Assembly: GCA_021816695.1 (NCBI GenBank)
Contig: JAKAXE010000004.1
Location: forward strand, 61-64,060
Length of the DNA stretch: 64,000 bases
Reading direction: 5' to 3'
Source: a bacterium
Lineage (GTDB): Bacteria > Chloroflexota > Dormibacteria > Aeolococcales > Bog-877
The translations under genes and the position numbers were made by a program. How positions within the stretch are numbered: position 1 is the first letter of the stretch; each line of letters begins with the position of its first letter. Positions 27,197-36,253 of this stretch are shown here, in pieces. The notes beneath the pieces are model-generated. The model was not told where the DNA came from and did no database searches. It saw nothing but the letters and a program-made list of their open reading frames with translations.

Positions 27197-29022
27197 TTGG
27201 AGCTCTCCTGCTCCAGGATCCGATCCTGGATGAACGAAGCGGTGATGGGAAGGCCCCCGTAGGAGAGGACGGGGCGCAGCCGCTCCCCGCCGACCCCGGT
27301 GTCGATGAGCAGGAGGGAGCGGAGCTGACCGTCCCGGTTCTGCTCCACCACGTAGCAGTGGGGGTGGGCGTCGATGAACTCCGCCACCGCCGGCGGGAAG
27401 GGGTAGCCGGTGATTCGCAGGTAGCTGGGGGAAGGGCCAGGGAGCTCCTCCAGCGCCTCGCGCACCGCCAAGTCGCAGCTGCCCATGGTTATGACCCCGA
27501 AGGGTGCACCCTCCCGCAGCTCGACCACCGGCGGGGGAAGGTGCTCGGCCGCGGCCCGGTGCTTGCGCAACAGCCGGTCCACCACCTCCTGGTATTCGTC
27601 CGGGCGCTCGGTGTAGACGGCCCGGAAGTCGTGGCCGGACCCCCGCACCAGGTGGCCGGCCAGGGGGGTCTCGCCGGGGACCGCCCGGGGCGTGGTCCAC
27701 TCGGGGTCAGGGTCCCCATAGCGCCAGAAGTGCTCCAGCCGCTCCAGCTCCTCCGGGCCCAGCAGCCGGCCGCGGTCCGGGCGGTAGGAGTCGTCCCAGG
27801 TGAGCTCGGGAACCTCCCAGTCGTTCATCCCGATGTCCAGGTCGCTCATGACCAGGACCGGAGTCTGGAAACGCTCGGCCAGGTCGAAGGCCTGGACCGT
27901 GTGCCGGAAGCACTCACTGGGATCTGAGGGGAAGAGGAGGATGTGGCGGGTGTCACCATGGGAAGCGAAGGCGGCGGAGAGCAGGTCGGCCTGTTGCACC
28001 CTGGTTGGCATCCCAGTGGAGGGGCCGGCCCGCTGCACGTCCACCACCACCGCCGGGACCTCGGTGTAGTAGGCCAGGCCTAGCAGCTCCTGCATCAGCG
28101 AGAGGCCGGGGCCGGAGGTGGAGGTGAAGGCTCGGGCGCCGGCCCAGCTCGCCCCGACCACGATCCCCAGCGCCGCCAGCTCGTCCTCCGCCTGGAGGAT
28201 GAGGTAGTCATTGACCTCCCGCCCGTCGGGGCCGGGATGGCGGCGGTACTGGGCGCAGAGCCGAATGAAGTTCTCCATCACCGAGGTGGCCGGGGTGATG
28301 GGGTACCAGGCGCCCACGGTGGCCCCCGCGAAGACCGCCCCCAGCGCCACTGCCGTGTTGCCATCGATGAGGATGCGGCCGTCGGGGGCGCCCATCTGCT
28401 CCACGTGGAAGGGCAGGGGGCAGGAGAAATTCTCCAGGGCGTACTGGTAGCCGAGCTGCAGCGCCGCCTGGTTGTCCTCCAGCAGCTGGGGACGCCGGGA
28501 GTAGGCCGCCACCAGCTGCTTGGACAGCTCGTCCACGGGCAGGGCGAGGAGCGCCGCCACCAGCCCGGCGGTGGCCACGTTCTTCATCAGGATCCGCTCT
28601 TTGACCGTGGCGAAGCGCTGGGCGCAGAGCTGGGCCAGGGGCGCCCCCAGGAAGGTGATGTCGGGGCGGCGCATCTCCTGGTCCAGAGGCCAGCTGTCGT
28701 CGTAGACCAGGTAGCCTCCTGAGGCCACCTCCGCTATGTCCTGCTGGTAGGTCTGGCCGTTCATGGCCACCATGAGGTCGAAGCTGGAGGTTCGGGCGGT
28801 GTGCCCCGACTGGCTGACCCGCACCTCATACCAGGTGGGCAGCCCCTGGATGTTGGAGGGGAAGAGGTTCTTCCCCGAGACCGGCACCCCCATGCGGAAG
28901 ATGGTCTGCATCAGGAGGTTGTTGGTGCTGGCCGATCCGGTGCCGTTGACGTTGGCCAGCTTGATGGCGAACTCGTTCACCCGGGCCCGGCTGGGGGCCT
29001 CCGGAAGCTGGACCTTGGCCAT
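27193..29022 (-). CDS. 2-oxoacid:acceptor oxidoreductase alpha subunit (gamma+alpha fusion)
   Basis: NGTGS, YPITPAT, QAEDELAA, TSTSGPG, QRAGPSTGMPT. Confidence 0.93.
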   Translation of the reverse strand: MAKVQLPEAPSRARVNEFAIKLANVNGTGSASTNNLLMQTIFRMGVPVSGKNLFPSNIQGLPTWYEVRVSQSGHTARTSSFDLMVAMNGQTYQQDIAEVASGGYLVYDDSWPLDQEMRRPDITFLGAPLAQLCAQRFATVKERILMKNVATAGLVAALLALPVDELSKQLVAAYSRRPQLLEDNQAALQLGYQYALENFSCPLPFHVEQMGAPDGRILIDGNTAVALGAVFAGATVGAWYPITPATSVMENFIRLCAQYRRHPGPDGREVNDYLILQAEDELAALGIVVGASWAGARAFTSTSGPGLSLMQELLGLAYYTEVPAVVVDVQRAGPSTGMPTRVQQADLLSAAFASHGDTRHILLFPSDPSECFRHTVQAFDLAERFQTPVLVMSDLDIGMNDWEVPELTWDDSYRPDRGRLLGPEELERLEHFWRYGDPDPEWTTPRAVPGETPLAGHLVRGSGHDFRAVYTERPDEYQEVVDRLLRKHRAAAEHLPPPVVELREGAPFGVITMGSCDLAVREALEELPGPSPSYLRITGYPFPPAVAEFIDAHPHCYVVEQNRDGQLRSLLLIDTGVGGERLRPVLSYGGLPITASFIQDRILEQESSK

Positions 29023-30845
29023 CAGCCCACCTCCGCCGGGCGGCCGGCGTAGGGGATGCCCAGTTCGAAGCGGGCCATGTCCCAGGCCGCCGTCGGGCAG
29101 CGCTCGGCGCAGAGGCCGCAGTGGACGCAGAGGTTCTCGTCCTTGACCATCACCCTCCCGGTCTGGGGCAGCGCCTCGGAGACGTAGATCGCCTGGCTCC
29201 GGTTCTCCGCGGGAGCGTTGAGCCGGGCGCGGAGCTCATCCTCGTCGGCCCAGTCGGGGCGGACGATGGTGAGGCAGCGCACCGGGCAGACGTCGATGCA
29301 GGCGTCGCACTCGATGCAGAGGGGAGCCTGGAACTCGGTCTGGATGTCGCAGTTGAGGCAGCGCTGCACCTCCCTGGCGGTCTCGTCGGGGCCGAAGCCC
29401 AGCTCCACCTCCAGGTTGAGGCGCTCAAACCGCCGCCTGAGGTCCACCCGGGCCATCTCCTGGCGGCCGTGGGGGTTGTAGTCGTTGTGGTAGCTCCACT
29501 GGGTCAGGCCCATCTTGCGGCTGGTGAGCCGCATGGTCTGGGCCGGCCGCTCCGCCACCGGCACCCCCTGGCAGTGGTTGTGGATGGAGATGGCGGCCTG
29601 ATGGCCGTGCTCCACCGCCCAGATGATGTTCTTGGCGCCGAAGGCGGCGTCCCCCCCAAAGAAAACCCCGGGGATGGTGGCCTGCATGGTCAGCTCGTCG
29701 ACCGCCGCCAGCTGGGGGGAGGTGAATTCCAGAGGAAGGTCACGCTCGATCCAGGGGAAGGCATTCTCCTGGCCGATCGCCAGGATCACATCGTCGCAGT
29801 CGATGCGCACCGTCCCCACGGTCCTGGAGTGGACCGCACCCTCGTCCCACTCCACCTGGTCGAACTCTATGCCCACCAGCCGCCCGTCCTCGACGATGAA
29901 GCGGCGAGGGGCGTGGTTGACCACGATCTGCACCCCCTCCTCCTCGGCGTCCTCCAGCTCCCAGGGAGAGGCCTTGAAGTACTGCCGGGGCCGTCGGGCC
30001 ATCACCCGGATGTCCTCCCCGCCCAGACGCCGAGAGGAGCGGCAGCAATCCATCGCCGTGTTCCCCACCCCGATGATGAGCACCCGGCGCCCCACCTTGT
30101 TGACGTGGCCGAAGGCGATCGACTCCAGCCAGTCGATGCCGATGTGGATGTGGGTCTCCCCCACCTCGTCGTGGCGCCCGGGTAGCTCCAGCTCCTTGCC
30201 CCGAGGGGCACCGCTGCCCACGAACACGGCGTCGTATCCCATCTGGAGCAGCTCGCGCATGCTGGAGATCTCGGTGCCATAGCGGATGTCCACCCCCATG
30301 TCGAGGATCACCGCGATCTCCTCGTCCAGCACCTTGGCCGGCAGCCGGAAGGCGGGGATGTTGGTGCGCATCAGCCCGCCGGGGAGCTGCTGGCGCTCGA
30401 AGATGGTGACCTCGTAGCCCAGGGGCATGAGGTCGTTGGCCACGGTCAGCGAGGCGGGGCCGGCGCCCACGCAGGCGACCCGCTTGCCGTTCCTCGCCTC
30501 GGCCGCCCGGGGAAGCCCCCAGCCCACGTCCTCCCGGAGGTCGGAGGCCACCCGCTTCAGGCGGCAGATGGCCACGGCGTCGCCGTCCACGCGGCCCCGG
30601 CGGCAGGCCGGCTCACAGGGCCGGTCGCAGGTGCGCCCCAGAATCCCGGGGAACACGTTGGACTTGCGGTTGAGGAGGTAGGCGTCCCCGTACCTCCCCT
30701 GGCCGATGAGGCGGATGTACTGGGGCACATCGGTGTGGGCGGGGCAGGCCCACTGGCAGTCCACCACCTTGTGGAAGTAGCTGGGGTCCTCGACGTTGGT
30801 GACCGGGATGGGCACCAGGGTGCGGCGTGGGGCCAGCTCAGCCAC
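29022..30845 (-). CDS. GltD/NfnB-like FAD/NAD(P)H Fe-S oxidoreductase with C-terminal 2x[4Fe-4S] ferredoxin domain
   Basis: CQWACPAH, CDRPCEPACRR, GAGPA, GVGNTAMD, CIECDACIDVCP, CVHCGLCAERCP; start uncertain (30845-30893). Confidence 0.85.
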   Translation of the reverse strand: MAELAPRRTLVPIPVTNVEDPSYFHKVVDCQWACPAHTDVPQYIRLIGQGRYGDAYLLNRKSNVFPGILGRTCDRPCEPACRRGRVDGDAVAICRLKRVASDLREDVGWGLPRAAEARNGKRVACVGAGPASLTVANDLMPLGYEVTIFERQQLPGGLMRTNIPAFRLPAKVLDEEIAVILDMGVDIRYGTEISSMRELLQMGYDAVFVGSGAPRGKELELPGRHDEVGETHIHIGIDWLESIAFGHVNKVGRRVLIIGVGNTAMDCCRSSRRLGGEDIRVMARRPRQYFKASPWELEDAEEEGVQIVVNHAPRRFIVEDGRLVGIEFDQVEWDEGAVHSRTVGTVRIDCDDVILAIGQENAFPWIERDLPLEFTSPQLAAVDELTMQATIPGVFFGGDAAFGAKNIIWAVEHGHQAAISIHNHCQGVPVAERPAQTMRLTSRKMGLTQWSYHNDYNPHGRQEMARVDLRRRFERLNLEVELGFGPDETAREVQRCLNCDIQTEFQAPLCIECDACIDVCPVRCLTIVRPDWADEDELRARLNAPAENRSQAIYVSEALPQTGRVMVKDENLCVHCGLCAERCPTAAWDMARFELGIPYAGRPAEVG

Positions 30846-31000
30846 AGCAATCCTCGGGAGACCGGCCGCCGACCCCCGTCCCGCTCTCGGCACGGCGACC
30901 TGGAAGGATCATCACAGCCCCTCTATTCTGGCCCTCCGCTGGCCCGGAGGGAGTCGGCGGCCGCAGCAGGTGGCGCGACCGGATCCGGGTCACCTGCGCT

Positions 31001-32395
31001 TCAGGCGGCCTTGACCGCCGCCACCAACTTGGTGAGGGAGTCCTTGGCGTCGCCGAACAGCATGATGGTCTTGGGGTCGTAGAGCAGCTCGTTGTCGATC
31101 CCGGCGAATCCCGGGCGCATGGAGCGCTTCATGAAGACGATGTTGTGCGCCTCGTCGGCGTTGAGGATGGGCATCCCGTAGATGGGGCTGCCCGGGGAGT
31201 TGCGGGCCGCCGGGTTGACCACGTCGTTGGCCCCCACGACAAGGGCCACGTCCGCGGTCTTGAAGGCGTCGTTGATCTCTTCCATGTCCTTGAGCTGCTC
31301 GTAGGGGACGTTGGCCTCGGCCAGGAGCACGTTCATGTGCCCCGGCATCCGTCCTGCCACCGGGTGGATGGCATAGTCCACCGTCACCCCCCGCTTCTCC
31401 AGCACGTCGGCCAGCTCGCGGGCCACGTGCTGCGCCTGGGCCACGGCGAGCCCGTAGCCCGGGACGATGATCACCCGCTGCGAGTAGGCCAAAAGGGTGC
31501 CGATGTCCTCGGCCGAGCCGGAACGCACGGACTTGGCGCCCCCGGGTCCGGCAGCCTCACTCACCTGGATCTTGCCGAAGGCGCCGAACAGCAGGTTGCC
31601 CAGGGAACGGCCCATGGCATCCGACATCATCTTGGTGAGGAAGGTACCCGAGGCCCCCACCAAGGTCCCGCCCACGATGAGCACCGGGTTGCCGACCACG
31701 AAGCCGTCCCCGGCCACCGCCAGCCCGGTGAAGGCGTTGAGCAGCGAGATCACCACCGGCATGTCGGCTCCGCCGATGGGGAGGACGAAGGCGACGCCCA
31801 GGATGAGGGCGAGCAGGAGCAGCACCCAGAGGCCGAGGGCGGAGAGCGTCCCCACCACGACCAGAACTCCGACGACCACGATCGCCGCCGCCACCGCGCC
31901 GTTCACCGGCTGCTGGCCGGGATAGGTGATGGGGGTGCCGCGCATCAGCTCCTGGAGCTTGGTGTAGGCGATGGCCGAGCCGGCGAAGCTGATCGCCCCG
32001 ATCACCACCGCGAAGACCACCGAGATAGAGAGCACCAGTGACGGGCTGGAATGAACCGGGACCCTGAGGAACTCCACGATCGCCACCAGCGCTGCCGCCC
32101 CACCTCCCACCCCGTTGAAGGTGGCCACCATCTGGGGCATCGCGGTCATCTTCACCGCCCGGGCGGCCACCGCTCCTACCGGCGCCCCGATGACGATCGC
32201 CACCACCAGGAGCACGAGGTCCAGCGTCGTGTGGTGGAGGAGGTCGATCGTGGTCCCGACCGCGATCAAGGCCCCTAGCGCCGCCACCAGGTTCCCCGAG
32301 CGGGCGTGCTTGGGCGAGCTCAGCTGGTGCAGCCCCAGGATGAAGAGGACGGCGGCCAGCAGGTAGAGCAGGACGATGTAGGGCGCCAGGTGCAT
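31001..32395 (-). CDS. pntB: NAD(P) transhydrogenase beta subunit
   Basis: MTAMPQMVA, GGADMPVVISLLN, PGYGLAVAQAQ, HPVAGRMPGHMNVLLAEA. Confidence 0.97.
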   Translation of the reverse strand: MHLAPYIVLLYLLAAVLFILGLHQLSSPKHARSGNLVAALGALIAVGTTIDLLHHTTLDLVLLVVAIVIGAPVGAVAARAVKMTAMPQMVATFNGVGGGAAALVAIVEFLRVPVHSSPSLVLSISVVFAVVIGAISFAGSAIAYTKLQELMRGTPITYPGQQPVNGAVAAAIVVVGVLVVVGTLSALGLWVLLLLALILGVAFVLPIGGADMPVVISLLNAFTGLAVAGDGFVVGNPVLIVGGTLVGASGTFLTKMMSDAMGRSLGNLLFGAFGKIQVSEAAGPGGAKSVRSGSAEDIGTLLAYSQRVIIVPGYGLAVAQAQHVARELADVLEKRGVTVDYAIHPVAGRMPGHMNVLLAEANVPYEQLKDMEEINDAFKTADVALVVGANDVVNPAARNSPGSPIYGMPILNADEAHNIVFMKRSMRPGFAGIDNELLYDPKTIMLFGDAKDSLTKLVAAVKAA

Positions 32396-32417
32396 CAGCC
32401 GTTCCCCCCAGCCCGGT

Positions 32418-32723
32418 TCACGACCGAGCCCCGCCCCTGGGGTTGCGGCTCTTGAACATCTCCAGCATGCGGTCGGTGACCACGTACCCGCCCACCATGT
32501 TGATGGTGGCCAGGATCACCGCCACGAAGGCCACCCCGATCTGGAGGGGACCGGTGGCCTCGCTCATGATGACCATCGCTCCGACCAGGATCACGCCGTG
32601 GATGGCGTTGCTGCCCGACATCAGCGGGGTGTGCAGGATGGTCGGCACCTTGGAGATCACCTCGAAGCCGAGGAAGACCGCCAGCACGAAGATGGAGATC
32701 TCGTTGACCAGCTGCGCGTTCAA
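32418..32723 (-). CDS. pntAB: NAD(P) transhydrogenase alpha subunit part 2 (membrane)
   Basis: LHTPLMSGSNAIHG, INMVGGYVVTDRMLEMF. Confidence 0.95.
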   Translation of the reverse strand: MNAQLVNEISIFVLAVFLGFEVISKVPTILHTPLMSGSNAIHGVILVGAMVIMSEATGPLQIGVAFVAVILATINMVGGYVVTDRMLEMFKSRNPRGGARS

Positions 32724-33847
32724 GAGGAGATGGCCTCCTTGAGTTGGGGGCTGCGAACCTCCCCGGCGTGGATGGCGCAGGCGCCGGCCACCACCTCGTC
32801 CTCGAAGTCCAGGTGGAGCTCCCCGTCCTTCACCAAAAGGGCCACGATGGCCGCCACGTTGCGAGCCAGCATCTGGCTGGAGGTGGTCGGCACGCTGGCC
32901 GGGAGATTGCGCTGCCCGATGATGGTCACCCCCTTCACCACGACCTCCTCGCCGGGCCTGGTGAGCTCGCAGTTTCCGCCGGTGTCGGCGGCCAGGTCGA
33001 CGATGACCGCCCCCGGCCGCATTCGCTCGACCAGCTCTCTGGTGATGAGGATGGGGGCTCGCCGTCCCGGGACGGCGGCGGTGGTGACCACCAGGTCGCT
33101 CTGCTCCACCCGCTGGGCGATCAGCTCGCGCTGGCGCCGGAGAAACTCCTCGGACTGCTCCCGGGCGTATCCGCCCTCACCCTCCTGAGCCTCCAGCTCC
33201 AGCTCCACGAAGGTGGCGCCCAGGCTCTTGACCTCGTCCCGGACCGCGGTGCGGACGTCAGTCGCCTCCACCACCGCCCCCAGCCTCCGCGCGGTGGCGA
33301 TCGCCTGCAGCCCCGCGACCCCGGCCCCCATGACCAGCACCCGGGCAGGGGGAATGGTCCCCGCGGCGGTCATCTGCAGCGGCAGGATCTTGGGCAGCCG
33401 GGCAGCACCGACTAGGACCGCCTTGTACCCCCCGATCGAGGCCTGGGACGAGAGGGCGTCCATGGACTGGGCCCGGCTGATCCGGGGCACAAGCTCGAAG
33501 CTGAAGGCGGTGATCCGGCGTCCCACCAGTTCATCCACCACCGCCCGCTCGGTGGAGCTGGGCAGGAAGCTGATGAGGCAGCAGCCCTCGGGCAGCGCCT
33601 TCGCCTCCTCCATCGTGGGCGGCTGGACCTTGCAGACCAGCTGGGCGCCCTGGAGGGCCGCGGCCCGGTCCGGGGCCACCTCGGCCCCCACTCCGGCCAG
33701 CGCCTCGTCGGTGAAGCCGGCAGCCTCCCCGGCGCCGGCCTCCACCACGACCTGAAGCCCCAAGGCGGTGAGGCGGGGGACGGAGTCCGGGCTCAACGGG
33801 ATCCGCCGCTCCCCGTCCGCGAACTCACGCAGGACCGAGAACTTCAC
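32720..33847 (-). CDS. pntAA: NAD(P) transhydrogenase alpha subunit part 1 (NAD-binding)
   Basis: RISRAQSMDALSSQ, GAGVAGLQAIATARRLGA, GGYA, VDLAADTGGNC. Confidence 0.96.
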   Translation of the reverse strand: MKFSVLREFADGERRIPLSPDSVPRLTALGLQVVVEAGAGEAAGFTDEALAGVGAEVAPDRAAALQGAQLVCKVQPPTMEEAKALPEGCCLISFLPSSTERAVVDELVGRRITAFSFELVPRISRAQSMDALSSQASIGGYKAVLVGAARLPKILPLQMTAAGTIPPARVLVMGAGVAGLQAIATARRLGAVVEATDVRTAVRDEVKSLGATFVELELEAQEGEGGYAREQSEEFLRRQRELIAQRVEQSDLVVTTAAVPGRRAPILITRELVERMRPGAVIVDLAADTGGNCELTRPGEEVVVKGVTIIGQRNLPASVPTTSSQMLARNVAAIVALLVKDGELHLDFEDEVVAGACAIHAGEVRSPQLKEAISS

Positions 33848-34054
33848 CAGCCCATGGTATCGGAGCGATGGTCGGCAAAGGCAGGGGTTTTCGCCCAGGT
33901 GGCGCGGAGCGTTTCCCTCGATGCCGGGACTGCCGCCGCTGCCTGGAGATTAGGGGCCCCCTGCTAAAATCGAGTTCAAAAGATCGCCGAGCCGCGGCCC
34001 CGAGCCCGCCTTCGCCGGGGGCCCCGGGCGGGGCTCCATGGGAGGGCCCCAGCC

Positions 34055-34882
34055 ATGTCCGTCGTCTTTGACTTCTCCGGGAGGGTGGCGCTGGTGACCG
34101 GGGCGGGCCGGGGGGTCGGGAGGGTGACCGCGGCGGCCTTCGCCGACTCCGGGGCCAAGGTGGTGGCGGCTGACCGCGACGCCCCTGGGCTCGCGGAGAC
34201 CGTGGCCCCCTACTCCGGGCGGATGATCTCCGTGGAGGCGGACATCAGCACCCCGGAGGGCGCCCGGGAGGTGGTCTCCAGAGCGGTCCGGGAATTCGGT
34301 CGGCTGGACATCTGCGTGAACAACGCCGCCGTCGCCCCCCACACCAGCCTTCTGGAGGAACGCGTCGAGGTCTGGGACCGGGTCTACGCGGTCAACTGCC
34401 GGGGCACCTTTCTCATGACCCAGGCGGCCGCCCGGGCGATGATCGAGCAGGGCACCGGAGGGCGGATCATCAACTTCTCCTCCGGAGTCAGCTCCCGCGG
34501 CTCGGCCGGCGCCGCCGCCTATGCCAGCAGCCGGGCCGCCACCGAGAGCTTCACCCGGGTGGCGGCCATCGAGCTGGCCCCGCAGGGGATCCTGGTCAAC
34601 TGCGTCAGCCCGGGGCTGATCGACACCCAGCCCAAGCCGCTGCCCCCGGCCATGGCCGCCTCGCTGGCCGCCCGGATCCCGAGGTTGCCCCTGGCTCGGC
34701 CCGGGAGACCCGAGGAGGTGGCGGCGATGGTGCTCTGGCTCAGCTCAGAGGCGGCGAGCTACGTCACCGGGACGGTGCTCTCGGTGGACGGGGGGGCGGG
34801 AGTCGGCTCCCGCTCCGAGGACCCGGTCGTGGACGACGACGTCCGCTACGACTGGGTCACCGGCCGGCAGCGACCCGGCTGA
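34055..34882 (+). CDS. SDR-family oxidoreductase (FabG-like) with YxxxR in place of YxxxK
   Basis: TGAGRGVG, NNAA, YASSRAA, VSPGLIDT, VDGG. Confidence 0.85.
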   Translation: MSVVFDFSGRVALVTGAGRGVGRVTAAAFADSGAKVVAADRDAPGLAETVAPYSGRMISVEADISTPEGAREVVSRAVREFGRLDICVNNAAVAPHTSLLEERVEVWDRVYAVNCRGTFLMTQAAARAMIEQGTGGRIINFSSGVSSRGSAGAAAYASSRAATESFTRVAAIELAPQGILVNCVSPGLIDTQPKPLPPAMAASLAARIPRLPLARPGRPEEVAAMVLWLSSEAASYVTGTVLSVDGGAGVGSRSEDPVVDDDVRYDWVTGRQRPG

Positions 34883-34903
34883 GGGGAGGAGAACCCCCCG
34901 GGA

Positions 34904-36253
34904 TCAGCGGAAGCCGAGGCGGAAGCCCCGCACGCGCAGGCTGGGAGCGCTGGCGACCCCGTTCCAGACGTTCATGATCGGCTGGCTGAGGAGCTGCGAG
35001 CCCACCCCGTCGGTACGGCTCAGGATTCCCAGCACCTCCTCGGTGAATCGGGAGGAGGCCACCGGACCCGCCAGCCGTCCCCCGCGGATGCGAAACGCCG
35101 CGTCGCGGGTAACCCCGGTGAAGGCGCTGGTCTCGGGGTCCACCATGCGGGTGTAGTGGAAGCGGGAGATGTAGAGGCCGTCGTCCACCCCTTCGATCAG
35201 CTCCGCGGTGGTTGAGGATCCGGGTCTCAGGATGAGATTGGCCGGGGTCGGGGACGGGGCCTCCTCCCTGGCGATGTGGGCGTGCCCGGTGCTCCTGGTC
35301 CCCGCGGCCCGGGCCGTGGCCAGGTCGAACACGGCCGCTCCGACCCGTCCACGGTCCAGCATGGGGACCTCCACCTTGGGCATCCCCTCGATGTCGAAGG
35401 GGATGGGGAGGCCGACCCCGGCGAAGAGCGCGTCATCGGCGACGGTGACCAGCTCGGAGGCGACCGTCTGCCCCTGCCGCCTGGCAACCGCCCCGGCGCC
35501 GGCGGCCACGGCCTCCCCGGTGAACCCCATGGCGCCGAAGAAGGTGAGCATATCCCCCACGGCCAGTGGTCCCAGGACCACGTCGTAGGTACCCGGTGGG
35601 AGCGGCTCCGGGTCCCGGGCGGCGGCGGCCTCGGCCAGCGCTCCGTGCACCATCTCCTCCACCGCCATCCGCTCCACGGATCGCGACAGGTCGCCCCGGT
35701 AGGCCGAGCCCGCTCCGGAGCGGACCAGGAGGGTGGCCGCGGCCTCGGTGGCGCTGACATAGGCGCGCCCCGAGGGACCGGCGGTAGCCATCTCCACGAG
35801 AACCCGGGAGAGCATCCCGTTGGCGGTGGCGCCCGCGGCCTGGGCGAGGGTCATGGCGACCGAGGCCACCTGGCTGCGGGCACCCGCACCCCAGGCGGCG
35901 GTGTCCTCGTCCCACTCGGAGAAGGAGCCGGAGACGGCCTCCGCGGGAGCGCCGGCCGAGGTGAGTCCGGGCACCAGGGCGGCGGCCCTTCTGAGCGCCT
36001 CCGCGCCGGTGGCTCGAGCATCCTCCAGCCGGGAGGTGGCCACCCGGGCGGCGCCGCCACCTCGGTCCACGGTCACCATGAGCTGGACCTCCTCCACCGC
36101 CTGCGGCTGATGGACCCTGGTCCCGGCGAAGCGGGTGTGCTCCCCCTGGCGCACGGTGGTGAAGGCATGGGCACCTTCGCCTCCGGCAGCTAGCAGCGCC
36201 TCCTCCAGGCGGCCCAGTAGCTCGTCGCCTCCACGAAGCTGGGCGGCGATCAC
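34904..36253 (-). CDS. TldE/PmbA-family protein (non-catalytic partner)
   Basis: TRFAGTRVHQ, FDIEG, HAHIA, HYTRMVDP...FTGVTRD; no HExxxH; GTGA coupling to TldD. Confidence 0.88.
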   Translation of the reverse strand: MIAAQLRGGDELLGRLEEALLAAGGEGAHAFTTVRQGEHTRFAGTRVHQPQAVEEVQLMVTVDRGGGAARVATSRLEDARATGAEALRRAAALVPGLTSAGAPAEAVSGSFSEWDEDTAAWGAGARSQVASVAMTLAQAAGATANGMLSRVLVEMATAGPSGRAYVSATEAAATLLVRSGAGSAYRGDLSRSVERMAVEEMVHGALAEAAAARDPEPLPPGTYDVVLGPLAVGDMLTFFGAMGFTGEAVAAGAGAVARRQGQTVASELVTVADDALFAGVGLPIPFDIEGMPKVEVPMLDRGRVGAAVFDLATARAAGTRSTGHAHIAREEAPSPTPANLILRPGSSTTAELIEGVDDGLYISRFHYTRMVDPETSAFTGVTRDAAFRIRGGRLAGPVASSRFTEEVLGILSRTDGVGSQLLSQPIMNVWNGVASAPSLRVRGFRLGFR

